Assembly (NCBI GenBank): GCA_963791175.1
Contig: CAWBRC010000001.1
Span: 880,063-944,062, forward strand
DNA length: 64,000 nt
Direction of reading: 5' to 3'
Source: an uncultured Actinomycetota bacterium
Lineage (GTDB): Bacteria; Actinomycetota; Actinomycetes; Propionibacteriales; Nocardioidaceae
The notes below the pieces were generated by a model, which saw nothing but the letters and a program-made list of their open reading frames with translations, made no database searches and was not told the origin of the DNA. Positions 38,861 through 49,274 of this stretch are shown here, piece by piece. The translations under genes and the position numbers were made by a program. Within the stretch, counting starts at the first letter, position 1; every line of letters begins with the position of its first letter.

Positions 38861-39967
38861 CTACGGCTGCAACGACAGGAACACGAACGCCGCCAGCAGG
38901 ACCAGGTGCACCCCGCCGTTGAGCGGCTTGGAGCGGCCGGGGACGACGGTCAGCACCGATACGACCGAGGTGATGGCGAGCAGCACGATCTGCATGGGCT
39001 CGAGGCCCAGCAGGAGCGGGTCGTCGATGAAGATCGTCGCGACGGCGATGGTCGGGATGGTCAGGCCGATGGAGGCCATGGCGGAGCCGTAGGCGAGGTT
39101 GAGGGAGATCTGGACGTCGTCGCGGGCGGCGGCGCGGACTGCGGCGATGGACTCGGGGAGCAGGACGAGCAGCGCGATGACGACGCCGACCGAGGCGGCG
39201 GGGAAGCCGGCGGCCTCGACGCCGTGCTCGATGGAGGGTGACTCGACCTTGGCCAGGCCGACCACGGCGACCAGGCCCACGACCAGCAGGGCGATCGAGG
39301 TCCAGGCGTCGCGCGCCGAGGGTGGGTCGGCGTGGCCGTCGCCGTCGTCGTCGTGCGGTCCCGGCCGGTCCGCGGGGACCGCGAGGAAGAAGTCGCGGTG
39401 CCGCACGGTCTGGGTGAAGACGAACAGGCAGTACAGCGCCAGCGAGCAGGTCGCGGCGAACGCCAGCTGTGAGGAGGAGAACTCCGGCCCGGGGGTGGAG
39501 GTCGTGAAGCGGGGGAGCACCAGCGTCACCGACGCCAGGGTGATGACGGTGGCCAGTGCGGAGCCGGTGCCCTCGGCGTTGAAGTTGGCGAGGTGGTGGC
39601 GCAGCGCACAGACGAGCAGCGCGAGCCCGACGATGCCGTTGCAGCTGATCATCACGGCGGCGAAGACCGTGTCCCGCGCGTACGTCGACGCGCCGGACCC
39701 ACCGGAGACCATCAGCGTGACGATCAGCGCCACCTCGATCACGGTGACGGCCACCGCCAGCACGAGCGAGCCGTACGGCTCGCCCACCCGGTGCGCGACC
39801 ACCTCGGCGTGGTGGACGGCGGCGAGCACGGCGGCGATGAGGGGCACGGCGATCAGCACCGCGACCCACGTCGACGGGTGCCGCCCCCACGACGCGAGGA
39901 GCACGAGCAGCCCCACGAGCGGTGCGACGAAGGTCCACGACATGCGGCCTCGGGTCGCTGCGCTCAT
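38861..39967 (-). CDS. Calcium:proton antiporter (ChaA/CaCA family)
   Basis: AAVHHAEVVAHRVGEPYGSLVLAVAVTVIEV, ARDTVFAAVMI, LNLAYGSAMASIGLTIP. Confidence 0.9.
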   Translation of the reverse strand: MSAATRGRMSWTFVAPLVGLLVLLASWGRHPSTWVAVLIAVPLIAAVLAAVHHAEVVAHRVGEPYGSLVLAVAVTVIEVALIVTLMVSGGSGASTYARDTVFAAVMISCNGIVGLALLVCALRHHLANFNAEGTGSALATVITLASVTLVLPRFTTSTPGPEFSSSQLAFAATCSLALYCLFVFTQTVRHRDFFLAVPADRPGPHDDDGDGHADPPSARDAWTSIALLVVGLVAVVGLAKVESPSIEHGVEAAGFPAASVGVVIALLVLLPESIAAVRAAARDDVQISLNLAYGSAMASIGLTIPTIAVATIFIDDPLLLGLEPMQIVLLAITSVVSVLTVVPGRSKPLNGGVHLVLLAAFVFLSLQP

Positions 39968-40033
39968 GCCTGCACCCTAGGGAAGCCGGACAATCGGATG
40001 GTCCGCATCGGGCCACCTCTAGACTCGTTGTCG

Positions 40034-41731
40034 ATGGCAACCAGTCAGGCGAGTCCCGTGGAGACCGGCGAGTACACCCACCGGCAGATCCTCACGATCC
40101 TGTCCGGGCTGATGCTGGGGATGTTCCTCGGCGCGCTCGACCAGACGATCGTCAGCACCTCGATCCGCACGATCGCCGACGACCTCCAGGGGCTGAGCGT
40201 CCAGGCGTGGGTGACCACGGCGTACCTCATCACCGCCACCGTGACCACGCCGATCTACGGCAAGCTCGGCGACCTCTACGGCCGCAAGAAGCTGTTCATG
40301 TTCGCGATCTCGGTCTTCATCGCGGGGTCGGCGCTCTGCTCGGTGGCGTCGTCGATGTACGAGCTCGCGGCGTTCCGCGCGGTGCAGGGCATCGGCGCCG
40401 GCGGGCTCTTCACGCTGGTGCTCGCGATCATCGGCGACATCGTCAGCCCGCGCGAGCGCGCGAGGTACAGCGGCTACTTCATGGCGATGTTCGGCACGTC
40501 CAGCGTGCTCGGCCCCGTGATCGGCGGCTTCCTCGCCGGCCAGGAGGTGCTGCTCGGGATCTCCGGCTGGCGCTGGGTCTTCCTCGTCAACGTCCCGATC
40601 GGGATCGCGGCGCTCTTCGTCGTCTCCCGCACCCTGCACATCCACCCGGTCCGGCACGGCGTGATCCGCATCGACTGGTGGGGTGCGGTCGCGCTGGTCG
40701 TCGGGCTGGTGCCGCTGCTCATCGTGGCCGAACAGGGCCGCGAGTGGGGCTGGGACTCGGCGCGCTCGGTCACGGCGTACGTCGTGGGCGCGCTCGGACT
40801 CGTCGCGTTCGTGCTGATCGAGCGGGCCATGGGGGAGGCCGCCCTCATCCCGCTGAAGCTGTTCCGGATCCGGGCCGCCGCGATCACGATCACCGCCAGC
40901 GTCATCGTCGGCATGGCGATGTTCGGCGGCATCATGATCCTGCCGCTCTACATGCAGATCGTGCACGGTGCGAGCCCGACCGCGTCCGGGTTCCTGATGC
41001 TGCCGATGGTCGTCGGGATGATGACCGGCTCGATCGTGGCCGGCCGCATCATCTCCAGGACGGGCCGGATCCGGGCGTTCCCGATCTTCGGCTCCGCGCT
41101 GATCGTGGTCGGGCTGCTCGCGCTGTCCTTCACCTCCGCCGACACCTCGCTGAAGGTGGTGGCGCTGCCGATGGTCGTGCTGGGCCTCGGCCTCGGCAAC
41201 TGCATGCAGCCCCTGCTGCTCATCGTGCAGAGCGCGGTCCCGCCCTCGAACATCGGCGTGGCCACCAGCTCGGCGACCTTCTTCCGGCAGATCGGGGGCA
41301 CCCTGGGCGTCGCGGTGTTCCTGTCCGTCCTGTTCAGCACCGTGGGCGGCAACATCGCCGACCACATCCGCGAGGACTCCCGGACCGAGGCGTGGCAGCA
41401 GGTCGCGCACAACGCCGACCCGGGCTCGCTCGACGGGCAGGTGGTCGCCTCTCTGGCCGGCCGGGCCGGCCCCGACGGCGGCGTCCTGGCCAAGGTCCAG
41501 GACGACTCCTCGATCATCGACCAGATGCATCCCGTGCTCGCGCACCCGTTCAAGGCCGGCTTCGCGGACTCGATGGACCAGGTGTTCCTGTTCGCGGCCC
41601 TGGTCGGGGTGCTCGCCTTCCTGGTGCTGCTCTTCATGCCGAAGGTCGAGCTGCGGGCCACCTCGGCCAGCGTCGCGGCGCGCGCCCAGGCGGGCGGTAC
41701 GCCGGCCGCGCCGGCCGAGCGTGAGCGCTGA
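40034..41731 (+). CDS. DHA2/EmrB-type MFS efflux transporter
   Basis: FLGALDQTIVST, YGKLGDLYGRK, GWRWVFLVNVPIG. Confidence 0.93.
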   Translation: MATSQASPVETGEYTHRQILTILSGLMLGMFLGALDQTIVSTSIRTIADDLQGLSVQAWVTTAYLITATVTTPIYGKLGDLYGRKKLFMFAISVFIAGSALCSVASSMYELAAFRAVQGIGAGGLFTLVLAIIGDIVSPRERARYSGYFMAMFGTSSVLGPVIGGFLAGQEVLLGISGWRWVFLVNVPIGIAALFVVSRTLHIHPVRHGVIRIDWWGAVALVVGLVPLLIVAEQGREWGWDSARSVTAYVVGALGLVAFVLIERAMGEAALIPLKLFRIRAAAITITASVIVGMAMFGGIMILPLYMQIVHGASPTASGFLMLPMVVGMMTGSIVAGRIISRTGRIRAFPIFGSALIVVGLLALSFTSADTSLKVVALPMVVLGLGLGNCMQPLLLIVQSAVPPSNIGVATSSATFFRQIGGTLGVAVFLSVLFSTVGGNIADHIREDSRTEAWQQVAHNADPGSLDGQVVASLAGRAGPDGGVLAKVQDDSSIIDQMHPVLAHPFKAGFADSMDQVFLFAALVGVLAFLVLLFMPKVELRATSASVAARAQAGGTPAAPAERER

Positions 41732-41745
41732 CGCGCACGTCCCGC

Positions 41746-42135
41746 TCAGGGCAGCCAGGCGATGGCCTCGACCTCGATGAGGCAGTCGGGCCGGAACAGC
41801 CCGGCCACCTGCACCAGCGTGCTGGTCGGCGGGGCCGAGGTGTCGACGTACTCGTCGCGCACCGAGCGCACCGTGGCGATCTCGTCGACGGACGTGACGA
41901 AGTAGCTCAGCCTGACGACGTCGGTCCACGCCGCGCCCTGTGCGGCCAGGGCGCGGCCGAGGTTCTCGAAGACCAGCCGGGTCTGTGCCTCCCAGCCGTC
42001 CGGCACGGCTCCGGCGGTGTCGACCGGTACCTGGCCCGAGGTCCACACCAGCCGGCCGGCGGGGATGCCGACCACGTGCGAGTAGCCGAACGGCGCGGGC
42101 AGGTCGGCCGGCGACGCGAAGTCGGGGGAGGTCAT
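41746..42135 (-). CDS. RidA/YjgF family protein
   Basis: GYSHVV, TSGQVP, QTRLVFENL, PTSTLVQVAGL...LIEVEAIA. Confidence 0.9.
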   Translation of the reverse strand: MTSPDFASPADLPAPFGYSHVVGIPAGRLVWTSGQVPVDTAGAVPDGWEAQTRLVFENLGRALAAQGAAWTDVVRLSYFVTSVDEIATVRSVRDEYVDTSAPPTSTLVQVAGLFRPDCLIEVEAIAWLP

Positions 42136-43334
42136 GCCGAGAGCGTAGGGACGGACCCGCGCACCCACACCGCCACCGGCCGGTGCAGCGCGCCCGGGTC
42201 GGCGGCCAGGTCACCGGCCACGGCGAGGAGGTCGGCGGCCAGGCCCGGCCGCAGCGCCCCGGTCACGTCGGCCAGGCCGCACGACGCCGCGGCACCCGAG
42301 GTCGCGGTGGCCAGCGCCTCGGTCACCGGGTAGCCCGCGTCGACCAGGTCGAGCACGGCGAAGGACACGCCGCCGTGCGCCTTGGGCGGGCTGATCCCGG
42401 CGTCGGTGCCGCTCACGAGCCGGAGGCCGTGGGCGCGCATCCGCGCCACGTGCTCGATGCGGGTCGCCCGGAACGTCGGGAAGTCCAGGCCCAGCCGCTC
42501 GAACGTCGCCCGCAGCCCGGGTGCCAGCTTGTCCGGGGGCGGGAAGCGGTCCGGGTCGGCCCCGAGGGTCGGGCAGACCTGGACGTCCGCGGCCGCGACC
42601 TGCTCGAGGACGTCGTCGGGCATCCGCAGCCCCTCGTCGGTGAGGCCGGTGAAGTGCTCGATGCCGTCGACCCGGGCGGCCAGGGCGTGCCGCACCCCGG
42701 CCAGGGAGTGCGCGTGGGCCAGCACCTGCAGCCCGGCCTCGTGCGCCGCCTCGACGGCCGCGCGCAGCTCGTCCTCGGAGAACTGCACCCCGAACGAGTC
42801 GCTGCCCGGCGTCAGCATCCCGCCGCTGGCCATCACCTTGATGACGTCGACCCCCCGCTCGGCGTGATCGGCGACCGCACGGCGCATGCCGTCCACGCCG
42901 GAGGCCGCGCCGCCCAGGTAGTGACAGTGCCCGTCGGGCACGGTGACCGGTGGGCCGGCCGCGACGACGCGGGGGAGGCCGGGGAGCGCGCGGGCGGCCA
43001 GGGTCCGGTAGCGCCGGTCGCCGAGGTCGCGCACCGTGGTCACCCCGCCCGCCGCCTCGGCGGCCAGGCCGTCCCGGATCCGCCCGTCGAGCGCGTCGTC
43101 GTCGAGCTGCCCCGCCTGCTCGAGGCTGCCGACCACGGACGTGGCGACGAGGTGCACGTGGCAGTCGAACAGCCCCGGTAGCAGCGTGCCGTCGTACGTC
43201 GTGACCTCGGTGTCGACCGGCAGGTCCGGGTGGCCGCGCTCGACGCCGACGATCTCCTCGTCGTCGACGAGGACGGTCCCGGGCCCCAGGAACCTGACGC
43301 CGTCGTAGACCTGGGCCGCGCGCAGTGCCCGCAT
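42132..43334 (-). CDS. Amidohydrolase family protein
   Basis: LPGLFDCHVHL, GVTTVRDLG, IKVMASGG, AHAH, IEH, SGTDAG. Confidence 0.9.
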   Translation of the reverse strand: MRALRAAQVYDGVRFLGPGTVLVDDEEIVGVERGHPDLPVDTEVTTYDGTLLPGLFDCHVHLVATSVVGSLEQAGQLDDDALDGRIRDGLAAEAAGGVTTVRDLGDRRYRTLAARALPGLPRVVAAGPPVTVPDGHCHYLGGAASGVDGMRRAVADHAERGVDVIKVMASGGMLTPGSDSFGVQFSEDELRAAVEAAHEAGLQVLAHAHSLAGVRHALAARVDGIEHFTGLTDEGLRMPDDVLEQVAAADVQVCPTLGADPDRFPPPDKLAPGLRATFERLGLDFPTFRATRIEHVARMRAHGLRLVSGTDAGISPPKAHGGVSFAVLDLVDAGYPVTEALATATSGAAASCGLADVTGALRPGLAADLLAVAGDLAADPGALHRPVAVWVRGSVPTLSA

Positions 43335-43428
43335 GACGAGCCAGTCTGGCCCGCCTGCGCATTCGGCGCGAGGCTCGCGGGCGCCGTACCCTTGAGGGTC
43401 GACCCGCCCCCGATGCCTGGAGTCCCGC

Positions 43429-45390
43429 ATGCCCGCCCCCGCGAGCGCCCCCGAGTCGCTGTTCACCCGTCTCGAGCCGCTGCTCCCGACGGTGTCGAAG
43501 CCGATCCAGTACGTCGGCGGCGAGCTCAACTCCACGCTGAAGGAGTGGGACTGCGCGACCGACGGGGAGACCGTGCGCTGGGCGCTGATGTACCCCGACG
43601 CGTACGAGGTCGGGCTGCCCAACCAGGGCGTGCAGATCCTCTACGAGGTGCTCAACGAGCGGGACTGGATCGTCGCCGAGCGCACCTACGCGGTGTGGCC
43701 CGACATGGAGAGGGTGATGCGGGACAACTCGATCCCGCAGTTCACCGTCGACGCGCACCGGGCGGTGCGTGACTTCGACGTCTTCGGCCTGAGCTTCTCC
43801 ACCGAGCTCGGCTACACCAACATGCTCACCGCGCTCGACCTGGCCGGCATCCCGCTGCACAGCGTGGACCGCACCGACGAGGATCCGATCGTGCTGGCCG
43901 GCGGCCACGCCGCGTTCAACCCCGAGCCGATCGCCGACTTCCTCGACGCGGCCGTGCTCGGGGACGGGGAGGAGGTCGTGCTGGCGATCTCCGAGGTGGT
44001 CCGAGAGTGGAAGGGCGAGGGCCGGCCCGGCGGTCGCGACGAGCTGCTCCGGCGGCTCGCGGTCAGCGGCGGCGTCTACGTGCCGCGCTTCTACGACGTC
44101 ACCTACGCCGCGGACGCCACGATCGAGGCCGTCGTGCCGAACCGGCCCGGCATCCCGTTCCGGGTCCGCAAGCACACGCTGATGGACCTCGACGCCTGGC
44201 CCTACCCCGCCAAGCCACTGGTGCCGCTGGCCGAGACCGTGCACGAGCGGTTCTCGGTCGAGATCTTCCGCGGCTGCACGCGCGGCTGCCGGTTCTGCCA
44301 GGCCGGGATGATCACCCGGCCGGTCCGGGAGCGGTCCATCGAGACCATCGGCGACATGGTCGAGAACGGCATCCGCAAGTCCGGCTTCGAGGAGGTCGGC
44401 CTGCTGTCGCTGTCGTCGGCCGACCACACCGAGATCGCCGAGGTGGCCAAGGGGCTGGCCGACCGCTACGAGGGCTCGAACGTCTCCCTGTCGCTGCCCT
44501 CGACGCGCGTCGACGCCTTCAACATCACCCTGGCCAACGAGTTCTCCCGCAACGGCCGGCGCTCCGGCCTCACGTTCGCGCCCGAGGGCGGCTCAGAGCG
44601 GATGCGCAAGGTGATCAACAAGATGGTCACCGAGGAGGACCTGATCCGCACCGTCGCCACGGCGTACGGCAACGGCTGGCGGCAGGTGAAGCTCTACTTC
44701 ATGTGCGGCCTCCCCACCGAGACCGACGACGACGTCCTGGCCATCGCCGACCTCGCGCGCGAGGTGATCGCCAAGGGGCGGGAGGTCTCTGGCCGCAACG
44801 ACATCCGCTGCACGGTCTCGATCGGCGGCTTCGTGCCCAAGCCGCACACGCCGTTCCAGTGGGCTGCCCAGCTCGACCACGACACCACCGACGAGCGGCT
44901 GCGCAAGCTGCGCGAGGTGGTCCGCGCCGACAAGCGCTACGGCCGCGCCATCGGCTTCCGCTACCACGACGGCAAGCCCGGCACCATCGAGGGACTGCTC
45001 TCGCGCGGCGACCGCCGGGTCGGTGCGGTCATCGAGGCGGTCTGGCGCGACGGCGGCCGCTTCGACGGCTGGAGCGAGCACTTCTCCTACGAGCGCTGGG
45101 CCGAGGCGTGCGACCGGGCGCTCGACGGCGTCGACCTCGACTGGTACACCACCCGCGAGCGCGACTACGACGAGGTGCTGCCCTGGGACCACCTCGACTC
45201 CGGCCTCGACAAGGACTGGCTGTGGGCCGACTGGGAGGACGCCCTCGCCGTCGCCGACGGCAGCGCCGACGTCGAGGTCGAGGACTGCCGCTGGACGCCC
45301 TGCTACGACTGTGGCGTCTGCCCCGAGATGGGCACCGAGATCCAGGTCGGCCCCACCGGTCGTCAGCTGCTGCCGCTGTCGGTCGTCTGA
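43429..45390 (+). CDS. TIGR03960 family radical SAM protein
   Basis: KPIQYVGGELNS, YPDAYEVGLPN, RGCTRGCRFCQAG (CxxxCxxC), C-terminal DCRWTPCYDCGVC. Confidence 0.93.
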   Translation: MPAPASAPESLFTRLEPLLPTVSKPIQYVGGELNSTLKEWDCATDGETVRWALMYPDAYEVGLPNQGVQILYEVLNERDWIVAERTYAVWPDMERVMRDNSIPQFTVDAHRAVRDFDVFGLSFSTELGYTNMLTALDLAGIPLHSVDRTDEDPIVLAGGHAAFNPEPIADFLDAAVLGDGEEVVLAISEVVREWKGEGRPGGRDELLRRLAVSGGVYVPRFYDVTYAADATIEAVVPNRPGIPFRVRKHTLMDLDAWPYPAKPLVPLAETVHERFSVEIFRGCTRGCRFCQAGMITRPVRERSIETIGDMVENGIRKSGFEEVGLLSLSSADHTEIAEVAKGLADRYEGSNVSLSLPSTRVDAFNITLANEFSRNGRRSGLTFAPEGGSERMRKVINKMVTEEDLIRTVATAYGNGWRQVKLYFMCGLPTETDDDVLAIADLAREVIAKGREVSGRNDIRCTVSIGGFVPKPHTPFQWAAQLDHDTTDERLRKLREVVRADKRYGRAIGFRYHDGKPGTIEGLLSRGDRRVGAVIEAVWRDGGRFDGWSEHFSYERWAEACDRALDGVDLDWYTTRERDYDEVLPWDHLDSGLDKDWLWADWEDALAVADGSADVEVEDCRWTPCYDCGVCPEMGTEIQVGPTGRQLLPLSVV

Positions 45391-45396
45391 GCGCTC

Positions 45397-45933
45397 GTGC
45401 CCGAGCTCGGACCCGTGGCGTGGCCACCTGCCCCGATCCGGACCGAGCGGCTGGTGCTGCGGGCGACCGAGGCGCGGGACCGGGCGGCGTACGTCGACCT
45501 GCTGTCCTCCGAGCAGGTCCACGCCCACCTGGGTGGCGCGCGCTCGCGGGACGAGCTCGAGCGTGTCGTGCCGCGGGTGCCGGGCAGCCGCGCGGGCGTC
45601 TTCGCGGTCGAGCTCGCCGGCGCGATGGTCGGGACGGTGACCTTCGACCGCCGCGGCGCCGAGCGGCCGGGGCACGTGCGCGTGGAGGGCGACGAGGTCG
45701 AGGTGGGCTACCTGTTCCTGCCCGAGGCGTGGGGCCACGGCTACGCGACGGAGGCCGTGGGCGCGGCGCTGGGGTGGCTGCGTGAGGAGCTGCCGGGCGA
45801 GCCGGTCCTGCTGTGCACCCAGGCCGCCAACGCCCCGTCGGTGCGCGTCGCGGCCAGGCTGGGGTTCACCGAGGTGGGGCGGTTCGAGGAGTTCGGCGCG
45901 GAGCAGTGGCTCGGGGTGCTGCGCCCGGCGTGA
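45397..45933 (+). CDS. GNAT (RimJ/RimL-type) acetyltransferase
   Basis: IRTERLVLR, EVGYLFLPEAWGHGYATEA, NAPSVRVAARLGF. Confidence 0.88.
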   Translation: MPELGPVAWPPAPIRTERLVLRATEARDRAAYVDLLSSEQVHAHLGGARSRDELERVVPRVPGSRAGVFAVELAGAMVGTVTFDRRGAERPGHVRVEGDEVEVGYLFLPEAWGHGYATEAVGAALGWLREELPGEPVLLCTQAANAPSVRVAARLGFTEVGRFEEFGAEQWLGVLRPA

Positions 45934-46021
45934 TGGAGGGGGCGGCGACCACCCGATTCGGGGGATCGGGGCGCACCGCGGCGACTCCTACCGTGGCTGA
46001 CCACTCGCCCGAGGAGTCCCC

Positions 46022-46591
46022 ATGACGAGCTCGCCCTCATCCACGTCGGCACCGGAGACCGACGACCGGTCGTGGCCGGCCCGGAACGCGCGGGCGCTCG
46101 GCATCGGGCTCGTCGTGGTGGTGGCCGGCGCGGTGGTGCTGAGCCTCGTCCTCGGGCTGTTCGGGGACTCCCCGGCCAAGGCCGGCAGCATGGCGACGGT
46201 GGGGATCATGAGCCCCGCCGGCGGTGACGACGCGGACGGCAGCGCGGTGCTCGAGGCCCGGAGCCTCGCGGCCGGCGCGACAGCGGACGGCGACGTCGTG
46301 CTCGAGAACGTCGGCGACTCCGGCGGTGCGTTCACGCTGAGCGCGGGTGAGGTCACCGACACGCCTGCGGACCCGGCCTTCTCCGAGGTGCTCACGCTGC
46401 GGGTGCTCCGCGACGGTGCCGAGATCTACAGCGGCCCGCTGTCGGGCTTCGCCGAGCAGGACCTCGGGACGTGGCAGCCGGGCGAGAAGCAGCACTTCAC
46501 GTTCACCGTGACCGCCGCGGACACCGCGGGCACGGAGTACGCCGACGCGAGCAGCGAGCTCACCTTCACCTGGGCCGCTGCGGACGGCTGA
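46022..46591 (+). CDS. Membrane-anchored or secreted protein, TasA/CalY-like beta-sandwich
   Basis: N-terminal hydrophobic segment; LENVGD...IYSGPLS...DLGTWQPGEKQHFTFTV...ELTFTW pattern. Confidence 0.55.
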   Translation: MTSSPSSTSAPETDDRSWPARNARALGIGLVVVVAGAVVLSLVLGLFGDSPAKAGSMATVGIMSPAGGDDADGSAVLEARSLAAGATADGDVVLENVGDSGGAFTLSAGEVTDTPADPAFSEVLTLRVLRDGAEIYSGPLSGFAEQDLGTWQPGEKQHFTFTVTAADTAGTEYADASSELTFTWAAADG

Positions 46592-46600
46592 GCCGACGGG

Positions 46601-47044
46601 TCAGCGCGGCCGCACGTGCCCCTCCAGCCGGGTGCCGTCGGCGGCGAAGCCGAAGCAGGCGAGCTCCTCGCCGGACGACGGCGTCGCGGAGTCCGCGACC
46701 CCGGCCACCAGGAGCCGCTGGTCGTCGACGGCGACGTCCGCCCGGCCGTCGAGGGCGTCGAGGCAGACGAGGTCGGGCACGACCGGGCGGTACGCCGCGG
46801 CCTGGTCGTCGTCGAGCTCCAGCATCAGCAACACCTCGGCGTCGTGCGGGTCGTCGCAGTCGGCGCGCGCCAGGTCCGCCAGGGTGGGCTGCTCGCCTTC
46901 GAGGAACGGCGTGCCGTCGACGCAGTCACCGCGGTCCAGCCCGGCCACGGAGTCGAGGTCGGCGTGCTGGCGCAGCACCACGACGACCGCGACGGCCACG
47001 GCGGCCAGGGCCACCGCGACCGCCACCAGGACGGCCCTGCGCAA
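46601..47044 (-). CDS. Small exported protein with Cys-containing septum-formation-like domain
   Basis: Signal anchor; LDRGDCV...ADCDDPHDAEV...LVC...LACF. Confidence 0.6.
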   Translation of the reverse strand: MRRAVLVAVAVALAAVAVAVVVVLRQHADLDSVAGLDRGDCVDGTPFLEGEQPTLADLARADCDDPHDAEVLLMLELDDDQAAAYRPVVPDLVCLDALDGRADVAVDDQRLLVAGVADSATPSSGEELACFGFAADGTRLEGHVRPR

Positions 47045-47047
47045 CGC

Positions 47048-47953
47048 TCAGCTACCGAGCTGCGAGGTGAGCTGGGAACCGTCGACGTTGTACGCCACGC
47101 ACGCCGCGGTGTCGCCCGCCTCGGGGTCCGCCACGGTGAGCGCCGTGTAGGTGACCGTGTCGGAGAGCAGGCCGGTCTTCCCCTCGTCCGCGATCGCCGG
47201 GTCGCAGATCGTGTTGAACGGGGTCGTCGAGTAGTTGTCCGCCTGGTCCTGGGTCAGCTCCACGGTGGCGAGCACCTCGCCGTCGTGGTCGTCCGAGCAG
47301 GAGACGGTCTTGATGTCGGTGACGCTGTCGGAGCCGCTGTCGGTGAGCCCCGTGGCCGTGATGCAGTCACCGGGGTCGAGGTCGTTGACGTCGGTCAGTG
47401 AGCTCACGTAGCTCACGCCCGCGGCGACCAGGATGACCGGGATGGCCAGCGTGAGCAGGCTGACGACGATCGCGGAGATCGCCAGCCCCTTGCCGTGGTT
47501 GCGGCCGTCGCGGCCGCTGCGCACGAGCACCACGATGGCCAGCGGGATCGCGATCAGCGCGCCGAGCACCACGCAGCCGAAGAACGAGATGATGAGCGCC
47601 GCGATGGCCATGCCCTTGCCGGGCTCGTTCGAGGCGGTGGCGGGGAACGCCGGCTGCCCGTAGGCCGGCTGCGGGTACGCCTGCTGCTGGTACGCCGGCT
47701 GCCCGTACTGCGGCTGCCCGTAGGCCGGGGCCGCTGGAGGCGGCGCGGCCGCGGGGTCGCCGTACGGCGGTGGCGGGGTCGGCGCGCCGGTGGGCTCGGT
47801 CCCGTAGACCGGCGGAGCCGGCGGGATCGCGGTGGTCGGCGGCTCGCCCTGCGGGGGCACGCCGGCCGGCGGCGGTGGCGTGCCGTAGGGGTTCTGGGGG
47901 TCGGCGGGGTCCTGGGGCGTGTCGCCGCTGCCCGGGTCCTGCGGTGTGGTCAT
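47048..47953 (-). CDS. DUF4190 membrane protein with Pro-rich N-terminus and septum-formation-like C-terminal domain
   Basis: PYG/PAYGQP repeats; GMAIAALII...GKGLAISAIV; LDPGDCI...VSCSDDHDGEV. Confidence 0.75.
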   Translation of the reverse strand: MTTPQDPGSGDTPQDPADPQNPYGTPPPPAGVPPQGEPPTTAIPPAPPVYGTEPTGAPTPPPPYGDPAAAPPPAAPAYGQPQYGQPAYQQQAYPQPAYGQPAFPATASNEPGKGMAIAALIISFFGCVVLGALIAIPLAIVVLVRSGRDGRNHGKGLAISAIVVSLLTLAIPVILVAAGVSYVSSLTDVNDLDPGDCITATGLTDSGSDSVTDIKTVSCSDDHDGEVLATVELTQDQADNYSTTPFNTICDPAIADEGKTGLLSDTVTYTALTVADPEAGDTAACVAYNVDGSQLTSQLGS

Positions 47954-48035
47954 CGGGTCCCCCTCGGGTGCCGCCGTCGTCCTTGCGCGACTGCAGCGTT
48001 CCACATCGCGCGGCTCCGCGCGGGCAGGGGGCGCG

Positions 48036-49241
48036 TCACGCAGCGGTCGGGCTCGGTGCGGCCCGCTGCTCCAGCTCGTCCTCGATGTGGGCCGGCCGGC
48101 CGACGTACAGACCCACGAGGAAGAGCGGCACCGAGAGCGCGAGCAGGGCGATCAGCGGCACCGTCCAGCCGCCGGTCGCCTCGTGCACCACGCCGACGCC
48201 GAACGGCCCGATCGCCGCCATCAGGTAGCCGGTCGACTGAGTCCAGCCCGACAGGGCGGCCGTGGCGCCGGCGGTGCGCGTGCGCAGCCCGATGAAGGTC
48301 AGCACGATCGGGAAGGTGGTGAGCGCGGTGCCGAGCACCAGGGCCCACAGCACGGCCAGCGAGTGCGGCGCGATCAGCAGGCCGATGTAGGCGACCGGGT
48401 AGCAGGACATGACGGCCACCAGCACCAGCCGCTGGTCGCCGGGGCGCGCCACGGCCTGGGGCAGCACGAAGGAGAGCGGGATCGACATGGCCGCCACGAT
48501 GCCCACGAGCGCCGAGGCGGTCCCGGCCCCGAAGCCGGCGTCGCGCCACAGCGTCGCGAACCAGCCGAAGACGGCGTACGCCATCAGCGACTGCAGCCCG
48601 AAGAACAGCGTCATCGCCCACCCCAGCCGGGTCCTGGCGATGTCGCCGAAGCCGACGTCGCGCACCGGCACCTCCAGGGCGTGGTCACGGCGGACCAGCC
48701 CGAACCACGGGACCGCCGCGACCGCGGCGAGCACCGCCCACACGCCGATGCCGTACCGCCAGCCGCCGAGCGCGTCCGCCACCGGCACCGTGAGCAGGAA
48801 CGACGCGGTCAGCCCCACGGCCAGGAAGGTGGTGTAGAGGCCGGTGACCAGCCCGATCCGGTCCGGGAAGTGCAGCCGGACCAGCGAGGGGATCAGCACG
48901 TTGGCCATCGCCATCCCCGCGGTCGCCAGCAGGGAGAGGGCGAGGAACGCCGCCTCCTGCCGGACCACGGCCCGGGCCGCCAGCCCCACGACGACGGCCA
49001 GCAGGGCCAGGAAGGTCACCCGGTGCGGGCCCAGCCTCCGCGCCGCGGTGGGGGCCAGGGCACCGAAGACCGCGAAGGCCAGCACCGGCAGCGAGGTCAG
49101 CAGCCCGGCCGAGGCCGGGCCCATGTCCAGCCCGTCGCGCAGCTCGTCGAGGACCGGGCCCACGCTCACCGCCGCCGGACGGAGGTTGGTCGACAGCAGC
49201 AGGATCGCCACGAGGACCAGGACGGTGGAACGGCGGGACAC
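48036..49241 (-). CDS. CynX/NimT family MFS transporter
   Basis: NLRPAAVSVGPVL, LLTSLPVLAF, FFGLQS, LSGWTQSTGY. Confidence 0.9.
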   Translation of the reverse strand: MSRRSTVLVLVAILLLSTNLRPAAVSVGPVLDELRDGLDMGPASAGLLTSLPVLAFAVFGALAPTAARRLGPHRVTFLALLAVVVGLAARAVVRQEAAFLALSLLATAGMAMANVLIPSLVRLHFPDRIGLVTGLYTTFLAVGLTASFLLTVPVADALGGWRYGIGVWAVLAAVAAVPWFGLVRRDHALEVPVRDVGFGDIARTRLGWAMTLFFGLQSLMAYAVFGWFATLWRDAGFGAGTASALVGIVAAMSIPLSFVLPQAVARPGDQRLVLVAVMSCYPVAYIGLLIAPHSLAVLWALVLGTALTTFPIVLTFIGLRTRTAGATAALSGWTQSTGYLMAAIGPFGVGVVHEATGGWTVPLIALLALSVPLFLVGLYVGRPAHIEDELEQRAAPSPTAA

Positions 49242-49274
49242 TCCGTCGACCCTATTCGGGGGAGACTGGCCGGC

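Noticed and set aside
38419-38922. Repeat-derived ORFs (PPPVEPVETT..., GGLDRLDRR..., WSRQARPAV...)
   Set aside because: The 51-bp unit equals 17 codons, so several frames stay open by construction; no independent evidence of coding
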